From assembly GCA_965213685.1 (NCBI GenBank), contig CBDBZY010000050.1, positions 1 to 55,377 of the forward strand: a stretch of DNA of 55,377 nt, in the 5' to 3' direction. This DNA comes from a bacterium. GTDB lineage: Bacteria > UBA8248. Positions within the stretch are counted from its first letter, which is position 1. Each line of letters opens with the position of its first letter. Below the pieces are notes generated by a model. That model saw only the letters and a program-made list of their open reading frames with translations, did not search any database and was not told the origin of the DNA. The position numbers and the translations under genes are program-made. Of this stretch, positions 40,180-50,244 are shown in pieces.

Positions 40180-41635
40180 TGCGAAAGGAGTGGCGATTCA
40201 CCGGGCTCCGAGCCGCTCTCCGTGGTTCGGTTCTCGCGCTGATCCTCGTATCTGTAGGGATACTGGGCAACAACTGCAGGCGGCCGCCGTGGCGCCATGG
40301 TCTCTATCTGGATCGGACGGTGATCGAGGCCGGTGAGGTCACGAGCCTTCGCGTGTCCACGGCGCTGCCCTGGGGGAGTACTACATCAAGGACCTGGTGA
40401 ACGACACGGAGGTTCACCGGCAGAACATCCAGACGGCGGCACAGGCCACGGGCGCGGCGCCACACCTGGACGCGGGGTGGCCGCGCTCTCATACGCTCCC
40501 AGTCCTCGCACCTGGGCTCTATCGAGTCGGAGTGGCGCCCGAGCTCCTCCACGCCGAGGAGAGGATCGTCGAGTTCAACGACCAGCGGACCTACGAAGCC
40601 GGACTGATCGTGAGACCCCAGTCACCGGAAGGGGCCGTGCTCCTCGTCTACTCGCGGGACACCCAGAATGCGTACAACCGATGGGGAGGGCGCAGCTACT
40701 ACACGGATCCCCCGACCTTCACGATCGGGGAGAAGCGGCCCGGTTACTGGCCCGTGTTCCTGGAGAGCGTCGTAGACCTGGCTCGAATCCTCGAATCGCT
40801 GGGTGTGGGCTGGGATGCAGCGGACCCCCGGTGGATCGAGGAGCATCCCGGGGCTCTCGCCGCCTACCGGGCTGTCGTCCTCGTGTCGCAGAGCGAGTAC
40901 GTGACGCGCGACTTCCGCGACGCGATCGAAGGCTTCGTCGACCAGGGAGGCCGACTCCTGGCCCTGGGCCCCGAGCTCATGCTGTACCAGACCCGCCGCG
41001 TCGGCGACCGCTTGACTTGCTACAAGAACCCCTTCCGAGGCGTGGATCCGATTCTGAGCGATGGCGATCCCGACAACGATCATCTCGTTTCGTATCAGTG
41101 GGCCTATGCCGGGCCGCCGGAGACCACGCTCTCCGGGACTTCGACGTGGCTCGGGCACCAGCTGGGCCAGCCGGGAGCTTGGCGAGTGGCTCGGTCGCTC
41201 CACTGGGTCTTCGCTGGGACGGGACTGGCCGATGGGTCGACGTTTCGGGAGCATCCCGCGACAGGCATCGTCGATGGCACGGATATCGCCTGGGAGGATG
41301 GATTTCCGTACGTCACCAACCTTCAGGCCACCCAGACGCCCGCCGACACGCTCGTTCTCGCAACCGTTCCGACCCAGACCGCCGCTTCCTTCGACTGCAT
41401 CCTTCCTCCACCCCTCGGGATCGCGGGAGGGGTTTCGTGCTACCGGGATGGACACGGAACGATCGCGATCCGGCAGACGCCCGAAGGGGGAGTGGTGGCG
41501 ACGGTTCCCGACCTGGGCTGGTTGGAGCTCATGGCCAGCGATCCGCTGGTCCAGACGATCACGACGAACCTGCTCGCGGCGTTTGCTTCGCCAGCGCCCA
41601 TGGATGTCTACGCGGGCTACTCGCCAGCGCCGTAG
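40180..41635 (+). CDS. Secreted DMFase-beta-like domain protein (frameshift at the G5 run ~40372)
   Basis: N-terminal hydrophobic signal ending in LGNNC; GW......P...PGLY, T.NAYN.WGG.S.Y, EY, GG.L..LG, HWVFAGTGL.DG..F. Confidence 0.65.
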
Positions 41636-41656
41636 GGGCGTGGGTGGCCCCGACCG

Positions 41657-42178
41657 CTAGCGCGGGAAGGTCACGTAGAGCTGGGTGTAGTAGAGGCTGC
41701 CGTCCGCGGCGCGAGCGACGCCAATCCCGGATGCGTTGTACGGGCGCGCCATCAGGTTGTCCCGGTGGACCTTGGAGGCGATCCAGCCCGACAGGATCTC
41801 GCGGTTCGGGTCCTGGCGGCTGGTCAGGCCCACGTTCTCCCCGGCCATGGCGAAGCCCTGGACGCCGGCCAGCCCGAGCCGGTCCACCCAGTTCCGGCCT
41901 TCCGGCGACTCGTGGGCCAGGTAGCCGCGTGACGCCATGTCACGGCTGTGGGCGCGGGCCACCGCGTCCAGGTCGGGGCGGCGGGCCAGCGGAATCAGGT
42001 TGTGCTCCGAGCGGAACCGGTTCACCGCGTCGGAGAGGGCGGCTTCGAGCCGGGCGATCTCCGGATGCGAGGCTCCGTCGGCGAGCAGGGGCTCGGGATG
42101 GGCGGGCGGCGTCAGCGCCGTCAGCATGAATCCGAAGCCCAGCAGGAAGAAGATCGCCTTGGGGATCGTGTCCGGCAC
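41657..42178 (-). CDS. CAP/SCP domain protein
   Basis: VN.FR....L.PL, ARAHSRDM...GY.AH, GENV, W..S..HR.NL, GIGV, TQLY. Confidence 0.9.
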   Translation of the reverse strand: MPDTIPKAIFFLLGFGFMLTALTPPAHPEPLLADGASHPEIARLEAALSDAVNRFRSEHNLIPLARRPDLDAVARAHSRDMASRGYLAHESPEGRNWVDRLGLAGVQGFAMAGENVGLTSRQDPNREILSGWIASKVHRDNLMARPYNASGIGVARAADGSLYYTQLYVTFPR

Positions 42179-42180
42179 CG

Positions 42181-43573
42181 TCAGTTTTCCGGGCCGTCGT
42201 CCCAGGTGGCCGAGAGCTGCGGGCGCCTCTCGATGGTGGCGGCTGCGCTCTCGGGGACGATCTCGCGGCGCGTGAGCTTGCCTGCCTCGTAGAAGGAGCG
42301 CACGTCCACGAGACCGTCCCCGTTGGTGTCCTCGTCCAGCTGGTGGACCCGCTCGTCGGCATCGTAGAGGGTCACCCGATCCGGACGGCCGTCGCCGCTG
42401 CGGTCCTCTTCTTCCCGGGCCAGGCGGCCTCGGTCGTAGTAGGCCACGCGATCGCGGAAGCCGTCGCCGTCACGGTCCTCTTCCTGGCGCGCGAGCTCGC
42501 CGGCGGCGTAGAAGGTCCAGGTGTCCAGGGCACCGTCCCGGTCGGAATCGCTGCGGCGCCGCACGATCGTGCCGTTCCGGTACTCGACGAAGGAATCGAC
42601 CCGGCCGTCGAAGTCCGCGTCCTCCTCCACCCGAAGCTGCTCGCCGGTGGCGGGATCGAAGTGGACGGTGCGGTCGGGGCGCCGTCGGCGTTCTCGTCGA
42701 AGAGCTCCCGCACCAGGCGGCCGCCTTCGCTGTACTGCCAGTGGTCGGGACGGCCATCCCGGTCCCGGTCGCCCACGCGGTCCGCCAGACCCTGGGGCGT
42801 CGCGCTCGCCCGGGGCGCCGGGCCGCGGGGCGCGGCGCCGGGGGTGCTTCCGCTGCGCAGGGCCGCGAGCTCCTCGGCGATGGAGAGCGGCGCCTGGGAG
42901 GCCCGTGCGCCGTAGGGATTGGGGGCTGTCGCCTGGTAGGGCGTGGCCTGCGGCGCTGCCCGGTGCGGCGGCGCGGCACCCTGCGTCGGCTCGCCGCCGC
43001 GGGAGGCGAGCTCGCGTTCCATCGCTTCGAGCTGCGCTTCCTCGTGGGCTGCCTGCATGTTCCCGCGCTCGGCGGGAGACGGCGGCGCGGTCGAAGGCGG
43101 CGGACCGTCGTCGCCGGCGATGGCCTCGTAGGCCTTCACGAAGGGCAGGGCCAGCAGTGCGAAGGGCGCCTTGGCCCAACGCACGGGAAGCGGCTCGATG
43201 GTGAGCTCGTCGTGCGCCGTGATGTCCTGCTGGGTGCCTCCGATCAGGGTGACGCCACCCTGGGAACGCCCGGAGGTCGGCTGGGACGGCGGCGTGCCCT
43301 GGGGCGGCGGCGCCTGACTGGGGTACTGGGGCTGGCCGGGCTGCTGGACCGGCGGTGCCTGGCCCGGCACCGGGTACCCCGGATAGCCTTGTAGGTCTGG
43401 GGGAAGGCCGGGCCCCCCTGGCCCGGATAGAGAATGGTGGCGCCGACCCCGGTGTTGACCACGGGTTGTTCGTCGTGGACTTCTTCACGTTGCCGAAGGG
43501 CGCAGCCCAGGGGCAGGGCCAGGCCAGCGACGGCGACAACGACAGAGCAGCGGCGGAGCAGGAACCTCGACAT
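42181..43573 (-). CDS. Putative lipoprotein with a Pro-rich linker and about seven Dx[DN]xDG repeats (frameshifted)
   Basis: Lipobox LPLG|C; repeats DRDRDGRPD, DENADG, DADFDGRVD, DSDRDGALD, DRDGDGFRD, DRSGDGRPD, DTNGDGLVD across three frames. Confidence 0.7.
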
Positions 43574-43772
43574 GAGAAGCCTCCCGGCACACAGGTCCGG
43601 GAAGAGTCATTGCAAGAAGCGTGCTTTCCGGACTCCTGGTGGGACGCAGGAGGCCGGGACTTTGTTCGAACGAGGGTCTGCAGGGGAAGCTGCGCGCGGC
43701 CTGCCTGCGGAGCCCGGCGCGCTTCGAGGGAAACCGGCTTCCGTTGCTGGGAAGGCCGGGGGGCCGGCCGGC

Positions 43773-44830
43773 TCAGGCCCGGGAGGCCTCTCCGCCGCCG
43801 TTGCCGCCCCGCCGGCCCACCCGGTCGATGGCGGTGGTGGCGCCGAAGCCGGCGAGGGCGAGGGCAACGGCGCCCAGGGCCTGCCCCGCCGAGGGGGCGA
43901 AGCGGCGCACGGGCCAGTCCTCGGGCTCGATCTCCGCCAGGCGTTCGGCGGTGAGGGGGGTACCGTCGAACGGGTCGCCCACCTGCGGCTCGACTCCCTC
44001 CTGGAAGGGCCAGAGCCCGAAGAGAGCTCCCACCAGGAGCCCCAGGAGGAAGCCCAGGGTCGGCTTGGGGAACCGGTTCAGTGCGAAGCGCAGCAGATTG
44101 CTGATGCCCACCACCCCGACCACCACGCCGACGCCCACGGGAATCACCACGTGGAGCGCTTTCCAGGAGGAGCGCCGGGTCCCGCGCCACGAGGCCCTGC
44201 TTCAGCGTATCCACGCCCGAAAGGATGGGGACGTACTGGCCCAGCAGGAGCAGCAGGTAGCCGCCGCTCACGCCCGGCAGGATCATCGCCGCTGCGCCGG
44301 CGGTGCCCGCCAGCCCGAGGAGCAGGTAGTCGGGGCCGCTGGTCCCGGCCTTCGCCGCCAGGCGCGAGGGCCATCACCGCCATGAGGCCGACGCCCACCA
44401 CCGCTCCTGCCCAGAGTGCCGGCGTGGCCGGCCGGCCCAGCCGCCAGACCAGGGGCACACCGCCCAGGGTGAGCCCGATGAAGAGGCTGTACATCACCCA
44501 GCGCTGCTCGACGACGAGGGTCTTGGTCGGGCCCGCCAGGAGCAGGACCGCCATGGCCGCCGCTGCCACCACCGTTCCCAGCAGGACGAGAGAGCGGGGC
44601 CGGAAGCGGAGCGTGGTGACCTCGGCGATGGCGGCGATGAAGCCGGGTAGACGCCGGTGGCCAGGAGCATGGTGCCACCGGAGATTGCCGGGGACCAGGT
44701 TGGCCAGGCCCATGAGGACGCCCCCAGGCCCCCGCGCGTGGCGACGCTCGCGAGGGGCAAGGGAGGTCCGCGCCGAGCCGAAGGCGGAGGCGGTCTCGCT
44801 CGGCTCTGCGGGTGCGGACTCGTCCTGCAT
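43773..44830 (-). CDS. DUF368 family membrane protein (frameshifted)
   Basis: GGVLMGLANLVP.ISGGTM....G.Y, FIGLTLGG.P, AMILPGVSG.YLLLLLGQY, GFLLGLLVG.L..LWPF. Confidence 0.85.
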
Positions 44831-44907
44831 GTCGGGCTGGCTGCGCCTCCGGTCCAGCGGGGCGGCTACTGTAGCAGTCCGTGAGCATCCGACCGGTGAC
44901 TCCGTAG

Positions 44908-45592
44908 ATGTGCGGCCGCTACACCCTCAGCCACTCGGCCCGGGAGCTGGCCGAGCACTTCGACGTGGACGCGCCGGATGGGATGGAGGCGCGCTACAAC
45001 ATCGCGCCCACCCAGTCCGTGCCCGTCGTGCGCTTCGATCCCGAGGCCGGGGGGCGGGTGCTGGAAGCGCGGCGCTGGGGGCTCGTTCCCCACTGGGCGA
45101 AGGATCCAGGCGTCGGGGCCCGGCTCATCAACGCCCGCTCCGAGACCGCCGCCAGCAAGCCCGCCTTCCGGGTCGCGTTCCGCAAGCGGCGCTGCCTCCC
45201 TCCCGGCCGACGGATTCTACGAGTGGAAGGCCCATCCGCGCCGTCGCCGGCCCCACTTCGTCCATCGCCCCGGCGGCGCGCTCTTCGGCTTTGCGGGCCT
45301 CTACGAGCACTGGAGCGGGCCCCTGGGTGAGGTGATCGATTCCTGCGCCCTGCTCACGACCGGAGCGGGGTCGCGCATCGCCGCACTCCACCACCGCATG
45401 CCCGTGGTCCTGCCGCCCGAGCGCTACGCGGCCTGGCTGGATCCGGACACGGCAGATCCGCTGGCGCTCCTGGAGGCCCCGCTCGAGGACTGGAGCTACC
45501 ACCGGGTCGGCTTCGAGGTGAACGACCCTCGCAAGGAGAGTCCGGACCTGGTTCGTGAAGACGTTCCCCTCCCTGCGGACGCCGAGTTCTAG
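44908..45592 (+). CDS. SOS response-associated peptidase (SRAP/YedK, abasic-site protection); frameshift ~45200
   Basis: MCGRY, YNIAPTQ, WGLVP.W, INARSE, DGFYEW, HHRMPV. Confidence 0.92.
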
Positions 45593-45617
45593 GGATGCGC
45601 AGCTACTCTCCCGTCCC

Positions 45618-45845
45618 ATGAGGGTCACGCTGCGCCGGATCCTTCTCACCAGCGTGGTCGGGCTCCACGCGCTCGCGATCCCGTGGTACCGGGACGCGGC
45701 GGCGGAGCCCCGCTTCTGGCTCGGCCTGCCCGACTGGGTGGCCGTGGCCGTGGGCTGCTACGCGGCAGCCGCCACGCTGAACGCCGTGGCCTGGCTGCTC
45801 ACCGACCTGGAAGATCCGGGCGCCGACGAGGAGAGCGGCACTTGA
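45618..45845 (+). CDS. Small two-TM membrane protein, partner of the sodium:solute symporter
   Basis: 75 aa, IPWY...LGLPDW, overlaps the symporter start. Confidence 0.7.
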   Translation: MRVTLRRILLTSVVGLHALAIPWYRDAAAEPRFWLGLPDWVAVAVGCYAAAATLNAVAWLLTDLEDPGADEESGT

Positions 45846-47289
45846 GCTTCCCGGTTCTGGGCGTTCTCGGCCTCGTCGGCTACCTGGCGGCGCTGATCGT
45901 GGTGGCGGGGGTTGCCCGGCGTGCGCGGCGGGACGCGAGTCCGGCGGACCACTTCCTGGCGGCGCGGCACCTGGGCACCTTCGTCCTGCTGCTCACGCTC
46001 TACGCCACGGCCTACAGCGGGAACTCCCTCCTGGGCTACCCGGGCGAGGCCTACCGCCGTGGCTTCTCGTGGATCATGGCCACCGGCTTCATGATGGCCA
46101 TCATCGTCGCCTTCCACGCGCTGGTTCCCCCGGCTCCGGCCCATCGCGGTGCGCGAAGGCTTCGTCACGCCCGGCGACTGGGTGCGTTGGCGCTTCGGCG
46201 GTGATCCCTGGGGACGCGCCCTGGGCATCGCCGTCGGCGTGCTCATGGCGATCGCGCTGGGGAACTTCCTGGTGGCCCAGCTCGTGGCCATGGGGCACGT
46301 CACCCGGGAGGTCACCGGGGGCATCGTTCCGTACGAGGTCGGAGTGATCGTCCTGGCGGGCATGATCCTCTTCTACGAGACCCTGGGCGGGATGCGCGCC
46401 GTGGCCTGGACCGACGCAGCCCAGGGGGTGCTGATGCTGGCCGGGTTGACGACCCTCCTGCTCTGGCTGCTGGGAGAGGCCGGCGGGCTGGCCGAGACCA
46501 CCCGGGAGATCGCCGCGCTGCGCCCGGAGATCGTCCGCGTACCGGACTCCGCGGAACGCGCCAACTGGTTCAGCTCGGTCGTTCTCCTGGGCCTGGCCAG
46601 CGTGGTCTACCCCCAGGCGATCCAGCGCATCTACGCCGCGAAGAGCGGGGGCAGCCTGAAGCGGGCCCTGGCGCTCATGAGCTTCATGCCGCTCACCACG
46701 ACCCTGGTGGTGACGATGATCGGCTGGGCGGCGATTCCTCGGCTCCAGGGGCTCGGGGGAGTGGAGGCGGACGCGGTGATGCCGCGGCTGCTGGGCGAGT
46801 GGGCCGCCGCCGGACCGGGGGCGGCGGCGCTGGCGATCCTGGTTTTCCTGGGTGCCCTGGCGGCGATCATGTCCACGGCGGACTCGGTCCTGCTCTCCCT
46901 GGGCTCGGTGGTGGCGGGAGATCTCATGGAACGCCCCAGCCAGGACGAGGCCACCACCGGCACGGGCAAGCGCGCCGCTGCGATCCTCCCTGGTGGTCGC
47001 GGTGGGAATCGCCCTGGTTCCGTGGGTCACCCTGTGGCGGCTCATCGAGCTGAAGATGGAGCTGCTGATCCAGTGCGTGCCTGCCTTCCTGCTGGCCATC
47101 CGCTGGCGGCGGCTGGATGCCCGGGCATGTCTCACCGGGCTGCTGGTGGGCACGGTGATCGCCGTAGGGGTCGGGCTGGCCGGGCACAAGCGGATCCACG
47201 GCCTCCACGTGGGCGTGATCGGCCTGGGCGTCAACCTGCTCGTGACGGTGGGGCTCGGCCTCTTCGCTGCGGCCCGGAAGAGCCGATGA
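45842..47289 (+). CDS. Sodium:solute symporter family protein (frameshifts ~46128 and ~46990)
   Basis: D.FLA.R.LG, AT.YSG....[19 protein letters not shown]....[14 protein letters not shown]. Confidence 0.88.
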
Positions 47290-48524
47290 GCGTGCGCCGC
47301 GCGCTGGTCCTCTCGGGAGGCGGTGCCCGCGGTGCCTACGAGGCCGGCGTGCTGCGCTTCGTGCTGGGCGAGCTGCCCGCACGGCTGACGAAGCCGCCGG
47401 TATTCGACCTGGTCTGCGGCACGTCGGTGGGCGCGATCCACGCCTGCTACCTGGGGGCCACCGCGACCCAGGGTCCGGAGCGGGTGGACCGCCTGGCGGA
47501 CATCTGGCAGCGGATGCACCTCCACGAGATCTTCCACCTGACCTCCCGCGAGGCCTTGCGCATCCCGCGCCGGCTGTTCGGCCTGATCCGCAAGTCCGGC
47601 GAGCTCCCGCCGGGTCGGCTCCCGCCAAGGCTCTACGGTCTCCTGGACACGGGTCCCCTGGAGCGCATCGTGCTGGACTCGATTCCGTGGCGATCGATCC
47701 GCCGCAACGTGCGCTCGGGTGCGCTCGAGGGGCTGTGCGTCACGGCCACCCAGATCGCCACGGGGCGGGCCATCGTCTTCACCGAGCACCGGGACGCGAA
47801 CCGCATCCCCTGGACCGTGGATCCCAGCGTGGTGCTGCGCCCGACGCGTCTGGGGCCCCACCACGCCCTGGCATCGGCGGCGATCCCGTTGCTCTTCCCG
47901 GCGGTGCGCGTGGACGGTACCTACTACGCCGACGGCGGCCTGCGCCTGAACACGCCCCTGGCGCCGGCCCTTCGCCTGGGCGCGGACCGGGTGCTGGTGA
48001 TCGGACTGCGCCACGGCCACGCGAGCCCGGAGGAGGCGGACCTGGCCGAGCGGCGGGTCTCGGCCTACGGGAATCCCATCTATCTCTTCGGCAAGGTGCT
48101 GAACGCGCTCCTCCTGGACCACGTGCAGACCGACCTGGCCCAGATGCGCATCGTGAACGACATGCTCGAGGCCGGGACCGACGCCTACGGGCCGGACTTC
48201 GTGGAGCGGCTGAACGAGAGCATGGCGAAGCGGTCTGCCGGTCCGCTGCGCGTGGTGGACGAGCTGTTGATCCAGCCGTCGTCGGACATCGGCCGGATCG
48301 CCGCCCAGATCCTGGACCGCCAGCGGGAGCAGGGGCGGCTCTCCACCGTGCTGCGGGTCCTCCTCGGAACGCTCGGGGTGGGCGAGCAGCCGCTCGAGGC
48401 GGACCTGCTCTCCTACCTGCTGTTCGAGGAGGAGTACACCGCCGCGCTCCTCACCCTGGGCTACGCCGACGCCCGCGCCCAGGAGGCGGCCCTGGTGGAA
48501 TTCTTCGAGGACGAGGCCGGCTGA
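47286..48524 (+). CDS. Patatin-like phospholipase
   Basis: [27 protein letters not shown]. Confidence 0.93.
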   Translation: MSVRRALVLSGGGARGAYEAGVLRFVLGELPARLTKPPVFDLVCGTSVGAIHACYLGATATQGPERVDRLADIWQRMHLHEIFHLTSREALRIPRRLFGLIRKSGELPPGRLPPRLYGLLDTGPLERIVLDSIPWRSIRRNVRSGALEGLCVTATQIATGRAIVFTEHRDANRIPWTVDPSVVLRPTRLGPHHALASAAIPLLFPAVRVDGTYYADGGLRLNTPLAPALRLGADRVLVIGLRHGHASPEEADLAERRVSAYGNPIYLFGKVLNALLLDHVQTDLAQMRIVNDMLEAGTDAYGPDFVERLNESMAKRSAGPLRVVDELLIQPSSDIGRIAAQILDRQREQGRLSTVLRVLLGTLGVGEQPLEADLLSYLLFEEEYTAALLTLGYADARAQEAALVEFFEDEAG

Positions 48525-48541
48525 CGACTTCGCGTCTGCGG

Positions 48542-49340
48542 TCAGCTCTTCCCGTACAAGCTCTCGAAAAGCCGGCGCATGCCCTGGAGCCACCGGTCCC
48601 GGTCGGCGGTCCGGCGCTGCTCGTATCCGGCGACCTCGGGGTGGCGGGAGGATCAGGAACCGCTCTTCCTCGAGCCCGGCCACCACGGCGTCCGCCACCG
48701 CCTGGGGCTCGATGGCGTCCGGCACCAGGTGGGCGCCGCCACCGGCCTGGGCCGCGCCCTCGAGCATGGGCGTGCGCACGCCCATGGGGCAGAGGCACGA
48801 GACCCGGATGCCGCGGCCGCCGTAGCGAATGGCCAGCCACTCGGCGAAGGCGACCGCCGCGTGTTTGGTGACGGAATAGGCCTGCGTCCCCAGATCGGTG
48901 AGCAGGCCTGCCGCAGAGGCGGTGGAGAGGATCGTTCCCTCGCCGCGCTCCAGCATGGCCGGCAATACGGCGCGAGCCGCATAGACGTGTGCCATGACGT
49001 TCACGTCCCAGCTTCTCTGCCACTCGGCGTCCGGGGCGAAGGGGCCGCCGGCATCGCCGGCCCCGCCTCCCAGTGCGACGCCGGCGTTGGAGCAGAAGAG
49101 GTCGATGGGGCCGAACGCCTCGCCGGCTCGCTCGACGAGGCGGGCTACCTGGGTCTCCACCGCCACGTCCGTCGCCACGGCGATCCCACCGCAGGCATCG
49201 GCGACCCGCCGTGCGCCTTCGGCGTCGCGGTCTGCCACCACCACACCCCGGGCGCCCTCGGCGGCGAAGCGCAAACACAGGGCTTCGCCGATCCCGCTGG
49301 CGCCGCCGGTCACCACCACCACCCGATCGCGCAGCTTCAC
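48542..49340 (-). CDS. Short-chain dehydrogenase/reductase (frameshift near the C-terminus)
   Basis: [25 protein letters not shown]; C-terminus [11 protein letters not shown]...RWLQGMRRL in another frame. Confidence 0.9.
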
Positions 49341-49401
49341 CCGGCCAGGGTAGCCCGCTTCGCCTATTCTTGGACCCGATGCCGCTCGGTGCTCGGTCGC
49401 G

Positions 49402-50244
49402 ATGACGGTGGGAGTCGGAGCGCCGGAGGGGAGCGATCTCCGCCGCCGTCTCTACGTGGTGATCTTCGAGGCGGATACGCGCGCGGGCAAGGCGTTCGAT
49501 GTGGCCTTGCTGGTCCTCATCCTGGCCAGCGTGCTGGTGGTGATGCTGGACAGCGTGGGCCGGGTGGAGACGCGTTTCGGCGCCGAGCTTCGGCTCGCCG
49601 AGTGGGTGGTTACGGCGCTCTTCACCGTGGAGTACGTCCTGCGGCTCTACTGTACGCCCGCGCCGCTGCGCTACGCCCGCAGCTTCTTCGGCCTGGTGGA
49701 CCTGATGGCGATCCTTCCCACGTACCTGGGTCTGCTCTTCCCCGGCGCGGAGTCGCTTCTGGTGATCCGGGCCCTGCGCCTGCTGCGGGCCTTCCGCGTG
49801 CTGAAGATGGCGCGCTACCTGGGCGAGGCCAACGTGCTGCTCACGGCCCTGCGCTCGAGTGTGCCCAAGGTGGCCGTCTTCCTGGGCACGGTGCTGGTGC
49901 TGACGCTCATCATGGGCTCGGCCATGTACCTGATCGAGGGCGCCGAGCGCGGCTTCACGAGCATTCCGCGCTCGGTCTACTGGGCGATCGTGACCATGAC
50001 CACCGTGGGCTACGGCGACCTGGCGCCCCAGACCGTCCCGGGGCAGGTCCTCGCGGCGATCGCCATGATCATGGGCTACGCGATCATCGCCGTACCCACC
50101 GGGATCGTCTCGGCGGAGATGGTGCACTCCGGCAGGCCGGTCACCACCCGGAGCTGTACCGAGTGTCTCTCCCAGGGCCACGAGCTGCGCGCGCGCCACT
50201 GCATGGACTGTGGCGCGGAGCTGCCGGCGTCCGCCTCCGGATGA
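49402..50244 (+). CDS. Voltage-gated potassium channel / ion transporter with a C-terminal Zn ribbon
   Basis: [14 protein letters not shown]4 segment, TMTTVGYGD filter, CTEC...CMDCG. Confidence 0.93.
   Translation: MTVGVGAPEGSDLRRRLYVVIFEADTRAGKAFDVALLVLILASVLVVMLDSVGRVETRFGAELRLAEWVVTALFTVEYVLRLYCTPAPLRYARSFFGLVDLMAILPTYLGLLFPGAESLLVIRALRLLRAFRVLKMARYLGEANVLLTALRSSVPKVAVFLGTVLVLTLIMGSAMYLIEGAERGFTSIPRSVYWAIVTMTTVGYGDLAPQTVPGQVLAAIAMIMGYAIIAVPTGIVSAEMVHSGRPVTTRSCTECLSQGHELRARHCMDCGAELPASASG

Noticed and set aside
10389-41635. Functional link between the two DMFase-beta-like genes
   Set aside because: They lie on opposite sides of the suspected chimeric junction and differ in architecture.
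46149-48524. Apparent sodium:solute symporter-patatin fusion (791 aa)
   Set aside because: Frameshift near 46990. The symporter ends at 47289 in another frame and patatin starts at 47286 with an ATGA overlap.
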